From assembly GCA_002269645.1 (NCBI GenBank), contig NIVC01003934.1, positions 1 through 64,000 of the forward strand: DNA of 64,000 nucleotides, read 5' to 3'. The position numbers and the translations under genes were made by a program. The notes below the pieces were generated by a model. That model saw only the letters and a program-made list of their open reading frames with translations. It had not been told where the DNA came from and searched no databases. Origin of the DNA: Macrostomum lignano (Eukaryota). Positions 42,035 through 56,323 of the stretch are shown piece after piece; the stretch's first letter is position 1; the number at the start of each line of letters is the position of its first letter.

Positions 42035-42500
42035 CTAAAAGTGAAATTTTGGAATCTAGGAGTGACATTTGAAATCTAGGAGTGACATTTGAAATCTAGG
42101 AGTGACATTTGAAATCTAGGAGTGAAATTTTGGAATCTAGGAGTGACATTGGAAATCTAAGAGTGACATTTGGAATCTAAGAGTGACATTTGGAATCTAA
42201 GAGTGACATTTGGAATCTAATAGTGACATTTGGAATCTAAGAGCGACATTGGCAATCTAAGAGTGACATTGGGAATCTAGGAGTGACATTGGAATCTAAA
42301 AGCGACATTGGCAATCTAAGAGTGACATTGGGAATCTAGGAGTGACATTGGGAATCTAGGAGTGACATTGGGAATCTAGGAGTGACATTGGGAATCTAGG
42401 AGTGACATTGGGAATCTAGGAGTGACATTGGGAATCTAGGAGTGACATTGGGAATCTAGAAGTGACATTGGGAATATAGGAGTGACATCAGGGATCTGGG
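42035..42500. repeat. 21-bp minisatellite (GGAATCTAGGAGTGACATTG[G])
   Basis: Directly visible; lies just before the last protocadherin exon. Confidence 0.92.
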
Positions 42501-42532
42501 AGCATGTTCTGACACTCAGAGTATTTTGGCAG

Positions 42533-43128
42533 CCACCCAAAACCGCCCCAAACCACCCCACAAGCAGGAGCTGCTGTACTCCAACAGTCACCGTCGAGAT
42601 CCGCAGCGCTGCTGCACAGCCGGCTCATCTGAAGACGACCCAGACGGCATTGAAACCACCACCGCCGCCGCGACTGATCGAACGCTGAACTCCTCCAGGC
42701 ATCGGCGCTACGAAGTGTGGTGCAACGCCGACCAGCTGACTGGCGGCACCCTGACGTCGAGACCGTCGCTGACTCTGCAACGCCAGCAGCAACAGCAGCA
42801 GCAGCCTCCTGGCAGTGCCGGCCTGGGCCCCAGGAAGATGACCATCGCGCAGCGAGCGAACAGCTGCGACGAGCTGGATTGCTGTCTGGACAACAGCAAC
42901 AGCAACAGCGGCGGATGCGGATACCAGACTATCGATCCGTTTGCTGAGCTCAGGAACCGGCAGAATCTGCAGCAGGCTCCACCGATGCTACAGCAGCAGC
43001 AGCAGCATCCCGGACAGCTGAACTACCAAAGACTTCAACAGGGTGGCACCGTTGTGAACAATTCTGATCAACTCTACAGTCCAAAGAAGTCCTTGAAAAG
43101 TACCTATTTTGAGACAAGCTTTGTGTAA
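42533..43128 (+). CDS. Probable terminal cytoplasmic exon of the protocadherin
   Basis: TTTTGGCAG acceptor, long GC-rich ORF with poly-Q tracts ending ETSFV* (class I PDZ-binding motif). AATAAA overlaps the stop. Linkage to the ectodomain exon is inferred. Confidence 0.7.
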
Positions 43129-43324
43129 TAAAAGGTTAATGGCGATATATTATACCGCTGACTGTATCAATCAGTTCCCTAAAAGAACTTGTCCCTAAAA
43201 AGCCAAAATTTCAGTTGACCCCTTACGCCCGAGATCTCTAGGCTCTTGACTGAGTATGAGTCTATGATCAAAACCCTGATGAATTGAGAAATTCTGTATC
43301 TCTTGCTTTGGAGGGGAAAGAGAG

Positions 43325-43605
43325 AGAGGAGGGTAAAGAGAAAGGCATGGAGGGTAAAGAGGGAGGCGTGGAGGGTAAAGAGGGAGGCATGGAGGGTAAA
43401 GAGAAAAGCATGGAGGATAAAGAGGGAGGCGTGGAGGGTAAACAGGGAGGCATGGAGGGTAAAGAGGAAGGCATGGAGGGTAAAGAGGAAGGCATGGAGG
43501 GTAAAGAGGAAGGCGTGGAGGGTAAAGAGGGAGGCGTGGAGGGTAAAGAGGGAGGCATGGAGGGTAAAGAGGAAGGCATGGAGGGTAAAGAGGAAGGCAT
43601 GGAGG
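43325..43605. repeat. 21-bp minisatellite (GGAGGGTAAAGAGG[G/A]AGGC[A/G]T); related short cluster at 44710-44815
   Basis: Directly visible. Confidence 0.9.
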
Positions 43606-45344
43606 GCGAAGCGGGAAAGAATTAAGGTAAAAAGAGATGCATAAAGGGTAAAAAGGGAGGCATGGAGGGTAAAGAAGGAGAGAAGGAGGGTAAAGATGGA
43701 GGCATGGAAGGTGAAGCCGATCAAATGAAGAATCCTCACTCTCCATTCTGTGGAATCCCCACTGACACTGAACTGCTCTCGGCCATAGACTATATAAAAC
43801 CAATCAAGAGGGAGATTCCATTAAAAATCAGCAAATGTTGCAGAAATGAAAATCAATAATTCGAGAAATTCAACTAAAATCAGAGAGCACAGTCGGCTTG
43901 TAATTACTTGGCATTTGAACTACATGTATCCGTACGAGCTATGTATTAACCACCTTAGATCAAACTGGTCTAAAAGAAGTTTCAAAAGTTCAACAAAGAA
44001 ACGTTCCACATTTCTGTTTAAACAGCATGTTCCTGACATCGAGACGGGATAATTTAAACTGTGATTTTTCTTGCAATATTTTTTTTCAACGCTTTAAGCT
44101 TTGACATATTTTTATTGAGCTCTAAAACGATCGTTGTAAATTGATTATTGATTTATGGCGCCAACAAAGATTTCGCTTTCACTGTTGTCTTGTCACAAAA
44201 TGGCTTCATACGAGATTGTCGAGGTGCAAAAGGCATAAAAATTAAAGTTCATTTAAACTTTCCTATTCAAGATCCCGATACATTTGCTACAGCATAATTT
44301 TTAAGTATTCAAGTTGTAACATATCTTAATCTTCTTAGTCTAACATAATTATAGCTTGTATGAAAGCCTAAACATGTACGAGTAATAATGTAACTTTTTT
44401 GTAAGCCCAGTTCTTGTAATTATCGCTTAATGTACTTTACCTTCCTCGAACTGTAATATATCAACATATATATAATAATTACTACAATATGAATTATATT
44501 GCTTCTTATACGTAAAAAGCGAAAAGCACCATCTGGTGAACAGATTTCGTCGAACATTTTAAAATCTAACTATTTCTTTGAATTCAATTATAAAATATGC
44601 ATGGTTTTATAATAAGGTAGCTTGTTAATATAAGGGTAAGATTGAAAACTCTGTTTTTCTGATAGACCCGAGTAGGCTGAGGGTTATAGTACTTGGAAAA
44701 AAAGCGCAAGGAGGGTAAAGAGGGAAAGAAAGAAGGTAAAGAATGAAAGGAGGGTAAAGAGGGAGGCATGGAGGGTAAAGAGGGAAAGAAGGAGGGTAAA
44801 GAGGGAAAGAAGGGGGAAAAGGAAGCTTATAAGGTAGAAAGAGAAATAAGGCGGTAAAGAGGGTCAGATATTGAGGGTAAAGATTGCTAACAAGCGCACT
44901 GCAGAGCAAGCAGAGTATCATGATACTGGGAGACTACAAATTTACAGGAAAGATTGACGCAAAATATTGACAGTCTTGTACAAAGCAAAATGCAGGGATG
45001 TTTTAAGAACATATAGGCAATTATGTCCGATAGCTGAGCGGAGTCTACTAAAAACTTCAAGAAATCAATATGCTGTCTCACTTTCAGTTTGAGGAGTTCC
45101 CGTTGTAGAGGCTTGTATGTATATCAATATACGAGTATATTGCTAGATACCAGTATCTAAATAATTACATACTTGTACGAGTAGAGCTGTTACATGTATA
45201 AGTGATGAAGTAATGAAGTGATGAATTGGGCTTGGAAGGAGGACATGTCCCTCAGTAAAAGCTATGGGGACATGCTTTGTCCCACCCACCCCACCTTGTG
45301 ACCCGTTATGAAAATCAATAATTTTGCTTCATGGCGACAAAATA

Positions 45345-45950
45345 GTGCCTGCGGCGCTACGCTAAAATAGGTGCCTGCGGCGCTATAATGAGTGTCTGCG
45401 GCGCCAAAATGAGTGTCTGCGGCGCCAAAATGAGTGCTTACTGTGGCGCCAAAATGAGTGCCTGCTATGGCGCTAAAATGAGTGCCTGCGGCGCTAAAAT
45501 GAGTTCCAGCGGCGCTAAAATGAGTTCCAGCGGCGCTAAAATGAGTGCCTGCGGCGCTAAAATAAGTGCCTGTGGCGCCAAAATGAGTGCCTGCGGCGCT
45601 ATAATAAGTGCCTGTGGCGCTAAAATGAGTGCCTGCTGCGCCAAAATGAGCTCCAGCGGCGCTAAAATGAGTGCCCGTGGCGCCAAAATGAGTGCCCGCG
45701 GTGTCATGCAAAATGAGTGTCTGCGGCGCCAAAATGAGTGCCTGCTGTGGCGACAATGAGTGCTTGCTGTGGCGCCAAAATGAGTGCCTGATGTGTGGCG
45801 CCAAAATGAGTGCTTGCTGTGGCGCCAAAATGAGTGCCTGCTGTGTGGCGCCAAAATGAGTGCCTGCTGTGGCGCCAAAATGAGTGCTTGCTGTGGCGCC
45901 AAAATGAGTGCCTGCTGTCGCGCCAAAATGAGTGCCTGCGGCGCCAAAAT
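45345..45950. repeat. ~21-bp minisatellite (GGCGCCAAAATGAGTGCCTGC)
   Basis: Directly visible. Confidence 0.92.
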
Positions 45951-46489
45951 GCAGGCACAATTTGATCATGAAAATAAAATTACACTCAAAGCAGACCTTG
46001 GCTGGCTCTCTATAAATGCAGTATTTCTCTCCAAATGTAAGCTACATTACAGAATTGAGCTGCTCATGCGGCCATCAATTCTTCCCATTATGATATATCA
46101 AGTGCCATTAATTTAAGGGCATATATAACCATATACCCTTAATACCACTCGGATCGTTTGGATCGCGCTAGGGCGAGGCTGTGTAGCCATGAATTCGGGA
46201 TTAATCTCCCAACATCATTTATCAGCATTATTTAGCTATGGCCAACTACTGCATGTAACCTTTCAGACAAATATCGGCCTAAGACCAGAAATCTATAGTT
46301 TGTTACACAAAATAGCCGTAATGATTATTTGACGTTAGAAGGTAACATAAGGTGCGCCATTATTTAAAGAGATACATATATCGAAGTTGAATATTTTTAT
46401 TTTAATAGCCACATGGATAAGTAATACAGCTCATGATTGCGGGCCAGATGCGAGGAAAAGATAGGGCATAAAGAAAATGGGAGAGGCAA

Positions 46490-47020
46490 GAAAGTAGATA
46501 AGAAGATTAAAGTGATAAAAGGAGAGTAGAGAGGAGAGAAGAGAGGAGGGGAGAGAAAAGAGAAGAGGGGAAGAGAGAAGAGAGAAAATGAGAGAGAAGA
46601 GGAGAGGGAAGGGAGAGGAGAGGGAAGGGAGAGGAGAGGAGAGAGATGAGGAGGGGGAGGGAGGGAGAGGAGAGGAGAGAAAAGAGGGGGAGGGGAGAGG
46701 AGAGGAGAGAGAAGAATAGGAGGGGGAGAAAAGAGGAGAGAGAAGAGAGAGGTAGAGAGGGACGAGAGAGAAGAGAGGAGGGGAGAGACAGAGAACAGGA
46801 GAGAGAAGATGAAGGAGAGAGATGAGAGGAAAGGAAGAGAGGAGGGGGAGAGAGGAGAGGAAAGAAAAGAGAAGACGAGGGGAGGGGAGAAGAGGAGGGA
46901 GAGGAGAGGAGAGCTGACAAGAGACACAAGCCGTGAGCGGCCCGGATTGCTATTGTGCAGTTTCAAGGGACCCGATGGCCGGATAGAGAGGCTTCGCGGG
47001 CCGGAGTTTTTCGACCCCTG
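46490..47020. repeat. GA-rich tract ending in a hAT/Charlie-like terminus (shared with 12800-13152)
   Basis: Terminal ...CGCGGGCCGGAGTTTTTCGACCCCTG. Confidence 0.55.
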
Positions 47021-47717
47021 ATTACCACACGCGTACAAAAATGAACACTTGCACATACGAAGTGGAGGACAATAATGTTTGATTTCAAATAAGTAATGGC
47101 AGCTATTTACATGTAATTACTGACAGCTAAAAATAGCTAAGCTACTACATGTACATAACGGGCTCTACGATGTCTACCAGATTCCATTAACTTGTTGTAA
47201 TTCATAACCTGGTGAAGCTCCGTTAGACACAACCCCTCCTGCTCCAACCAAAACACACACATAGGGGAGAATATGCAAGCACAGGGCAGCTTACTTCGGT
47301 CAGGACACTTCAATACAGAGCTGTCAAGTCAAGCGTATGATTGGAAGACCCGAACACAGCAGCAGCTCGAGATACAGAGCTGCTCAACGAAGCGTGAGCT
47401 CTCATGGATATGCGCATCGCCTTGTCCGCTAATAAATAACGATTGTCTGTCATGTCTTGCATCCGCGAAGTCCCTCAGGGTTTGGGAAACAAGCAAGCAC
47501 AGCGCACATACACATGCACGAGGCTACGATTACAACCTATCTAGAGCATTGGACGATTGGACGACTCAAGTAGGACGTATATTTCTTAGAAACTTTTGGT
47601 TTCGCCAGATTCATTGTGTTCCGATGATGCAAGCAAAGCTTTATTTGTGAAAATTTGATATTTCGATAACTATAACTAAAAAAGCAAAAATTATAATTGA
47701 TTATGCCTGCCCCAATT

Positions 47718-47971
47718 GGGCCAGATGTGCAACCGACAGCTCAGCCGAAGGATGCGCGTACGGCTGTTCAGTCCAAGGACTGGGGGGTCGCCACACACCC
47801 TCAATTACCCCCAGCTAATGCTGGCACCCATTTTACAGCTGGGTGAACTGAAGCAATGCAGAGTTAAGTGTCTTGCTCAAGGACGCAAGTTGTTCCGAGT
47901 GAGATAGGGAATCGAGCCCCCTACCTATAAGTCGTGAGTCCGACGCTCTAACCACTAGGCTACAACCCCCC
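47718..47971 (-). mobile_element. tRNA-derived SINE family 1 (CORE-like)
   Basis: A and B boxes present; aligns with the other two copies. Confidence 0.88.
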
Positions 47972-48564
47972 TCTACGCCTTCTTACAAGCAATCAGAATT
48001 AACTTAACATGGAACTTGTCCCCTTGTCCTCTATTAATTTTGGAAAATGGTTATGAAACAATTGTCAAATTTTGTGCGCCAAAGAGGCTCGATAGTGTAA
48101 AGGGTAGGGTGGAGATGTTAGTACTGTATTTGATATAATTGATCAGTTTGACCTTGACCAATCACCCTATCACAGTTACCAACAAGCATGTCGATGATAT
48201 AGCTATTTCTATTATAATATTTTCGAAAAAATGTTGAAGACAAAATCTAGCAACTTTATATTTAATTTTTCTTAAGAAAACAGAGAAAAGTAGCAAGAAT
48301 ATTAATTTTATGATATTGCGAAGTGTATTTCTGCCAAAAAATGGCAAGAAAAAATTGGGACAAAATAAGGATGGAAGCGTCTTCGGTGGATGGAAGCCAA
48401 AATTAATTAAAAACAACTGAGCGCGCGAATTGCAGGAAATTGTTTTCAGATAAAAGCACAGATACCAGATTAACTAAATTACCTCCGCTTATCTACTCTT
48501 TTTCAGTAGCAAAGTTAGCATTTTTTGTCTTTATATTAGCAAAATTAAATCTGACTGAAAATTA

Positions 48565-51337
<2,773 letters not shown>

Positions 51338-51439
51338 TTTAAAAATAAACATAAGACTGAAATATGCAGTAAAACTTAAAAAGCCAAAATCCTGTGTGTG
51401 CATAGCAAGGTGGCGCTCTAGCCCCCAGCCCAGCCAGGC

Positions 51440-51865
51440 CTATAAACGGTTTGGCTTTCCTCTAGCCCGCTTGAGTTGGTCTGACTTTGACCTCTCTCCC
51501 TACTGCTCTCTCATTGGCTGAGCTAACTTGGGCCTGCTCCCTAGGCTGGAGCTTCGTCCGTCTGACTTTGCCCTCTCTCCCTACTGTTCTCTCATTGGCT
51601 GAGCCAGATTGGGCCTGCCCGCTGGGCTGAGTTTCGTCCGTCTAACTTTGTCCTCTCTCATTGGCTGAGCCAGATTGGGCCAGCCCGCTGGGCTGAGCTC
51701 CGTCAGTCTGTCTGACTTTGACCTCTCCTTACTGCTCTCTCATTGGCTGAGCTAGATTAGGCCTGTCCCCTAGGTTGAGGTTCAGCTTTGTCCGTCTGAC
51801 TTTGCCCTCTCTTCCTTATTGCTCTCTCATTGGCTGAGCTACTCGTAGATTGGACCTGCTCCCCC
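51440..51865. repeat. ~60-65-bp minisatellite, ~6 diverged copies, each containing CTCATTGGCTGAG
   Basis: Directly visible. Confidence 0.85.
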
Positions 51866-52331
51866 GTCTTATGTTTATTTGTACATCGAGTTACATGATT
51901 GCTGTTCATTCTTATGCCCTGAGGCCGCAAATCCCAAAGGAAAGGAAATTTTAGCTGCCAAATAAAATTTAAGCGAGACTACGCAGAAAACCTACTGAAA
52001 AAGGGTAGACACTCTGCTTTTCATAGCATTAATTACGGGCGACTTATTCAGCTATTCTAGTATCTGTAAATACTCGTAAAAGCAAAAAAAGCTAGAAAAA
52101 AACTGCACAACAGCTGAATCAACACACAACAACATATGTGAAAAAAAACAGAACTTGTAAATTCGATAAAGCTGACGGATTTCGTTAAAAACACGTACAC
52201 AAGATTCGGCAGTGATTACTGAAAATATTATAAAACCAATAAATTTGTCGGCTGCTTCCTGCAATCTTGTTATTATTTATTAAAATGCCCGGTAAACTGA
52301 TAATTTGAAAAGGAACTTTCCGTTTTGCAAT

Positions 52332-53039
52332 TTATCCAGACTGGTTAGCACTATTTCCGACAAAAAATGGCAGCATTTGGTGCCCTCCAATGGCTGCTGT
52401 CGGTCCAGTTGTTAATCCGCGATAGTAAGACTGTGCCGCCATCATTGCCGGAGTCAGCTGCTGCTGCTGCTGCAGCATCGGGTGCAGCAATGATAACTGC
52501 TGTCGAGGATCAAACAGCATTGGTGCCGGCAGTCCAAAGTACAAAACTTGTGTCGGAGACCAATAATAATTGAAATAGTTAGGCACGCAAGTCGATGCGG
52601 CACTGTTAGACACAACTAAATTATTGTTATTAGCATCAACAACCGACAACGCAGCGTTGTCAGCAGTCGAGGTGACAGATTTCAACAATTTAATCCTAGG
52701 AGTAATTGCTTGACACTTGTTCGCAGTTGATGTAGTAGCAGATTCAGCAGCCAAATCCAGCGGGCCTGGGAATTTGCACCGCCTAATAATAGTCAATTTA
52801 GTACGCGAATGAAAGCAATCAGCTCTCTGACAATAGTACAGCTTCTGTTCAATGCTCATTGAGGACCAACGTATTTTGGCACGATTCACTTCGCTACGCT
52901 TAGTAATTGGCATTATGTCAGGCGACAGTTTTGCGAGGCAATCGGATTTAAATAGGCGAAACGGCTTGGTTTGATAGCTGCTTAGGTAGCGGAGATCGTC
53001 TCTGTCCAGGCCTTTGACCAGACTGTCAATTGAAACCAT
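52332..53039 (-). CDS. Intronless divergent HMG-box protein, 235 aa
   Basis: KPFRLFKSD...SEVNRAKIRWSSMSIEQKLYYCQRA fits the HMG-box pattern (P...F.lF...ei....W..ls.eeK..Y...A). C-terminus is Q/A/S-rich and low complexity. Confidence 0.65.
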   Translation of the reverse strand: MVSIDSLVKGLDRDDLRYLSSYQTKPFRLFKSDCLAKLSPDIMPITKRSEVNRAKIRWSSMSIEQKLYYCQRADCFHSRTKLTIIRRCKFPGPLDLAAESATTSTANKCQAITPRIKLLKSVTSTADNAALSVVDANNNNLVVSNSAASTCVPNYFNYYWSPTQVLYFGLPAPMLFDPRQQLSLLHPMLQQQQQLTPAMMAAQSYYRGLTTGPTAAIGGHQMLPFFVGNSANQSG

Positions 53040-53179
53040 TTTTAGTGTAGTTGTATGCTTTTTTTAACTGCAATGCTCGCAACTAACTACTGGTGTATGT
53101 AGATTTCAAATTCTGATCAGATGTTGATCTGAAAGGTGAAGATAATAAATTAATCCATAAATTTACAGAAACATGACTT

Positions 53180-53330
53180 TTAGCACACACACAAGCGCGC
53201 GGATACGTACGCGCAGTCATACGCACAGGCACACACTCACACAGGAGTGTTACAGCGGCCCTCACTATATTTATCGTTAGGCATGTACACTTTACCGTGC
53301 CTTGGGGTTTGGCCTTTAAAGCCGTTAACA
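53180..53330 (-). mobile_element. Partial copy of tRNA-SINE family 2, ~150 bp upstream of the HMG gene
   Basis: Reverse complement of ~19915-20040. Confidence 0.75.
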
Positions 53331-54382
53331 AACACTGCTCAAGTAAGAAGGGAAACTACGTTTCCTGGAAAATTTTAGGAGGCCGGTTTTTTTCTAAGAA
53401 ATACACTACGGAGAAAGAAAATTTTCTTTTTCAGCACAAAAAACTGTCATTGCTTTCGACAGGAGGCAGACCCAATAATCATATTTTGATATGTTTTGCG
53501 TTTCTTATTGCTCTATTGATATTCATAAAGATTTTTTGTTAAGCAAACCATGTTTATTTTTATTCTACGTACAACTGCACTTGTACTGGCTTAATAGTCA
53601 TAAAAATGGCACGGCTCGGCTTATTGGTTTTAAGAAACTATTTTGTAATTCTTAGTGTACTGTGTAACGATATGTGTAACAAAGATAATAAAATAGATAA
53701 AGCCAATGAACCGAGCCTTGCTATGCATTTTTATGATTTTTTAGGTACATGGAATGTACGCAGACTAAAAAAATTAACATAGAATTTTAACTTTCTAAAC
53801 GAGAAGCTCAATGAATATCTTATTTTACGGGGCATATTTAGACTTAAGGTTACTTTGCAGGGCAGTTCAAGCGGCTATTTATTTACAAAAATGAAGCAAC
53901 AAGTTATTAACTGATTTTACCGGAAACACAAACGCAAATTCATTGAGACTTCGTTGCACTTTTATTTGGTAAAGTTTCAACTTATAATTGATAAGTTACA
54001 CTAATAATAATTACTAAAATAAAATATGTATATATACTAATCATACATTAGCCTTATTTGCACAAGAAAGTATCTACAAATTAGCGTGTAAACTGTTTAA
54101 TAATAATTGAGCAAAATAAAATTCGACTAACATTACTATGAAGATTATTGAATACAGTTAGCAAAATATTTGCAGCACCAGCTACACGAAAAAAGTAGGA
54201 AAATGGTAATTGAAAATGCAATTAGAAAAAAAGTTACAAAAAGCTTAAACTATAAAAATAGTTTTTTATCAACTGCAGACTGAAATTATGACTAAGTATT
54301 TGACAAAAACCTAAACATAAATTTGACTAAATTTGAGAATAATAAACGATTTGACATGTTTGACATCATCTCCCACTGGTCA

Positions 54383-56078
54383 TAGGGTTGGTAATGACCT
54401 CACCTACTTGTCATTGGGTTGGTAATGACCTCACCTACTTGTCATTGGGTTGGTAATGACCTCACCTACTTGTCATTGGGATGGTAATGACCTCGCCTAA
54501 TGGTCATTCGGGTGGTAATGACCTTACCTAATGGTCATTCGGGTGGTAATGATCTCACCTAATGGTCATTCGGGTGGTAATGATCTCACCTAAAGGTCAT
54601 TCGGGTGGTAATGATCTCACCTAATGGTCATTGGGTTGGTAATGACCTCGCCTAATGGTCATTGGGATGGTAATGACCTTACCTAATGGTCATTCGGGTG
54701 GTAATGATCTCACCTAATGGTCATTCGGGTGGTAATGACCTTACCTAATGGTCATTCGGGTGGTAATGATCTCACCTAATGGTCATTGGGTTGGTAATGA
54801 CCTCGCCTAATGGTCATTGGGATGGTAATGACCTCGCCTAATGGTCATTGGGATGGTAATGACCTCGCCTAATGGTCATTGGGATGGTAATGACCTCGCC
54901 TAATGGCATTCGGGTGGTAATGACCTTACCTAATGGTCATTCGGGTGGTAATGATCTCACCTAATGGTCATTCGGGTGGTAATGATCTCACCTAATGGTC
55001 ATTCGGGTGGTAATGATCTCACCTAATGGTCATTGGGTTGGTAATGACCTTACCTAATGGTCATTGGGTTGGTAATGATCTCACCTAATGGTCATTCGGG
55101 TGGTAATGATCTCACCTAATGGTCATTGGGATGGTAATGATCTCACCTAATGGTCATTGGGTTGGTAATGACCTCGCCTAATGGTCATTGGGATGGTAAT
55201 GACCTCGCCTAATGGTCATTGGGATGGTAATGACCTTACCTAATGGTCATTCGGGTGGTAATGATCTCACCTAATGGTCATTCGGGTGGTAATGATCTCA
55301 CCTAATGGTCATTCGGGTGGTAATGATCTCACCTAATGGTCATTCGGGTGGTAATGATCTCACCTAATGGTCATTGGGTTGGTAATGACCTCGCCTAATG
55401 GTCATTGGGATGGTAATGACCTCGCCTAATGGTCATTGGGATGGTAATGACCTCGCCTAATGGTCATTGGGATGTGGTAATGACCTTACCTAATGGTCAT
55501 TCGGGTGGTAATGATCTCACCTAATGGTCATTCGGGTGGTAATGATCTCACCTAATGGTCATTCGGGTGGTAATGATCTCACCTAATGGTCATTGGGTTG
55601 GTAATGACCTCGCCTAATGGTCATTGGGATGGTAATGACCTCGCCTAATGGTCATTGGGATGGTAATGACCTCGCCTAATGGTCATTGGGATGGTAATGA
55701 CCTCGCCTAATGGCATTCGGGTGGTAATGACCTTACCTAATGGTCATTCGGGTGGTAATGATCTCACCTAATGGTCATTGGGTTGGTAATGACCTCGCCT
55801 AATGGTCATTGGGTTGGTAATGATCTCACCTAATGGTCATTGGGTTGGTAATGACCTCGCCTAATGGTCATTGGGTTGGTAATGACCTCGCCTAATGGTC
55901 ATTGGGATGGTAATGACCTCACCTAATGGTCATTGGGATGGTAATGATCTCACCTAATGGTCATTGGGTTGGTAATGACCTCGCCTAATGGTCATTGGGT
56001 TGGTAATGACCTCGCCTAATGGTCATTGGGTTGGTAATGACCTCACCTAATGGTCATTGGGTTGGTAATGACCTCACC
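54383..56078. repeat. 31-bp palindromic minisatellite, ~54 copies (GGTAATGACCTCGCCTAATGGTCATTGGGAT)
   Basis: Directly visible; each unit holds AATGACC-9nt-GGTCATT. Confidence 0.97.
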
Positions 56079-56323
56079 ATCTTAATTTGAAGAGTTAGAC
56101 AGGGAAATACACACAAAAAAGATATTGTACAGAACAACACAAGACGATAAACAAGGTAAACAGATATATATTCCATGCCAGTCCCATAAATACAAAAAAC
56201 ACTTCCCTATGAAATATACAATGATGAGTATAGTGCAAAAATACCAGCTACATGCACCAGAATAAATGAGAAAAAACTGGAAAAAAACTAGAATAACAAT
56301 AGTCAGTGATATAATATTACATT

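Noticed and set aside
47273-47650. 125-aa ORF as a Penelope GIY-YIG remnant
   Set aside because: Resemblance too weak to call without a search.
54383-56078. CRISPR array
   Set aside because: Palindromic repeats are head-to-tail with no unique spacers, there are no cas genes, and the context is eukaryotic.
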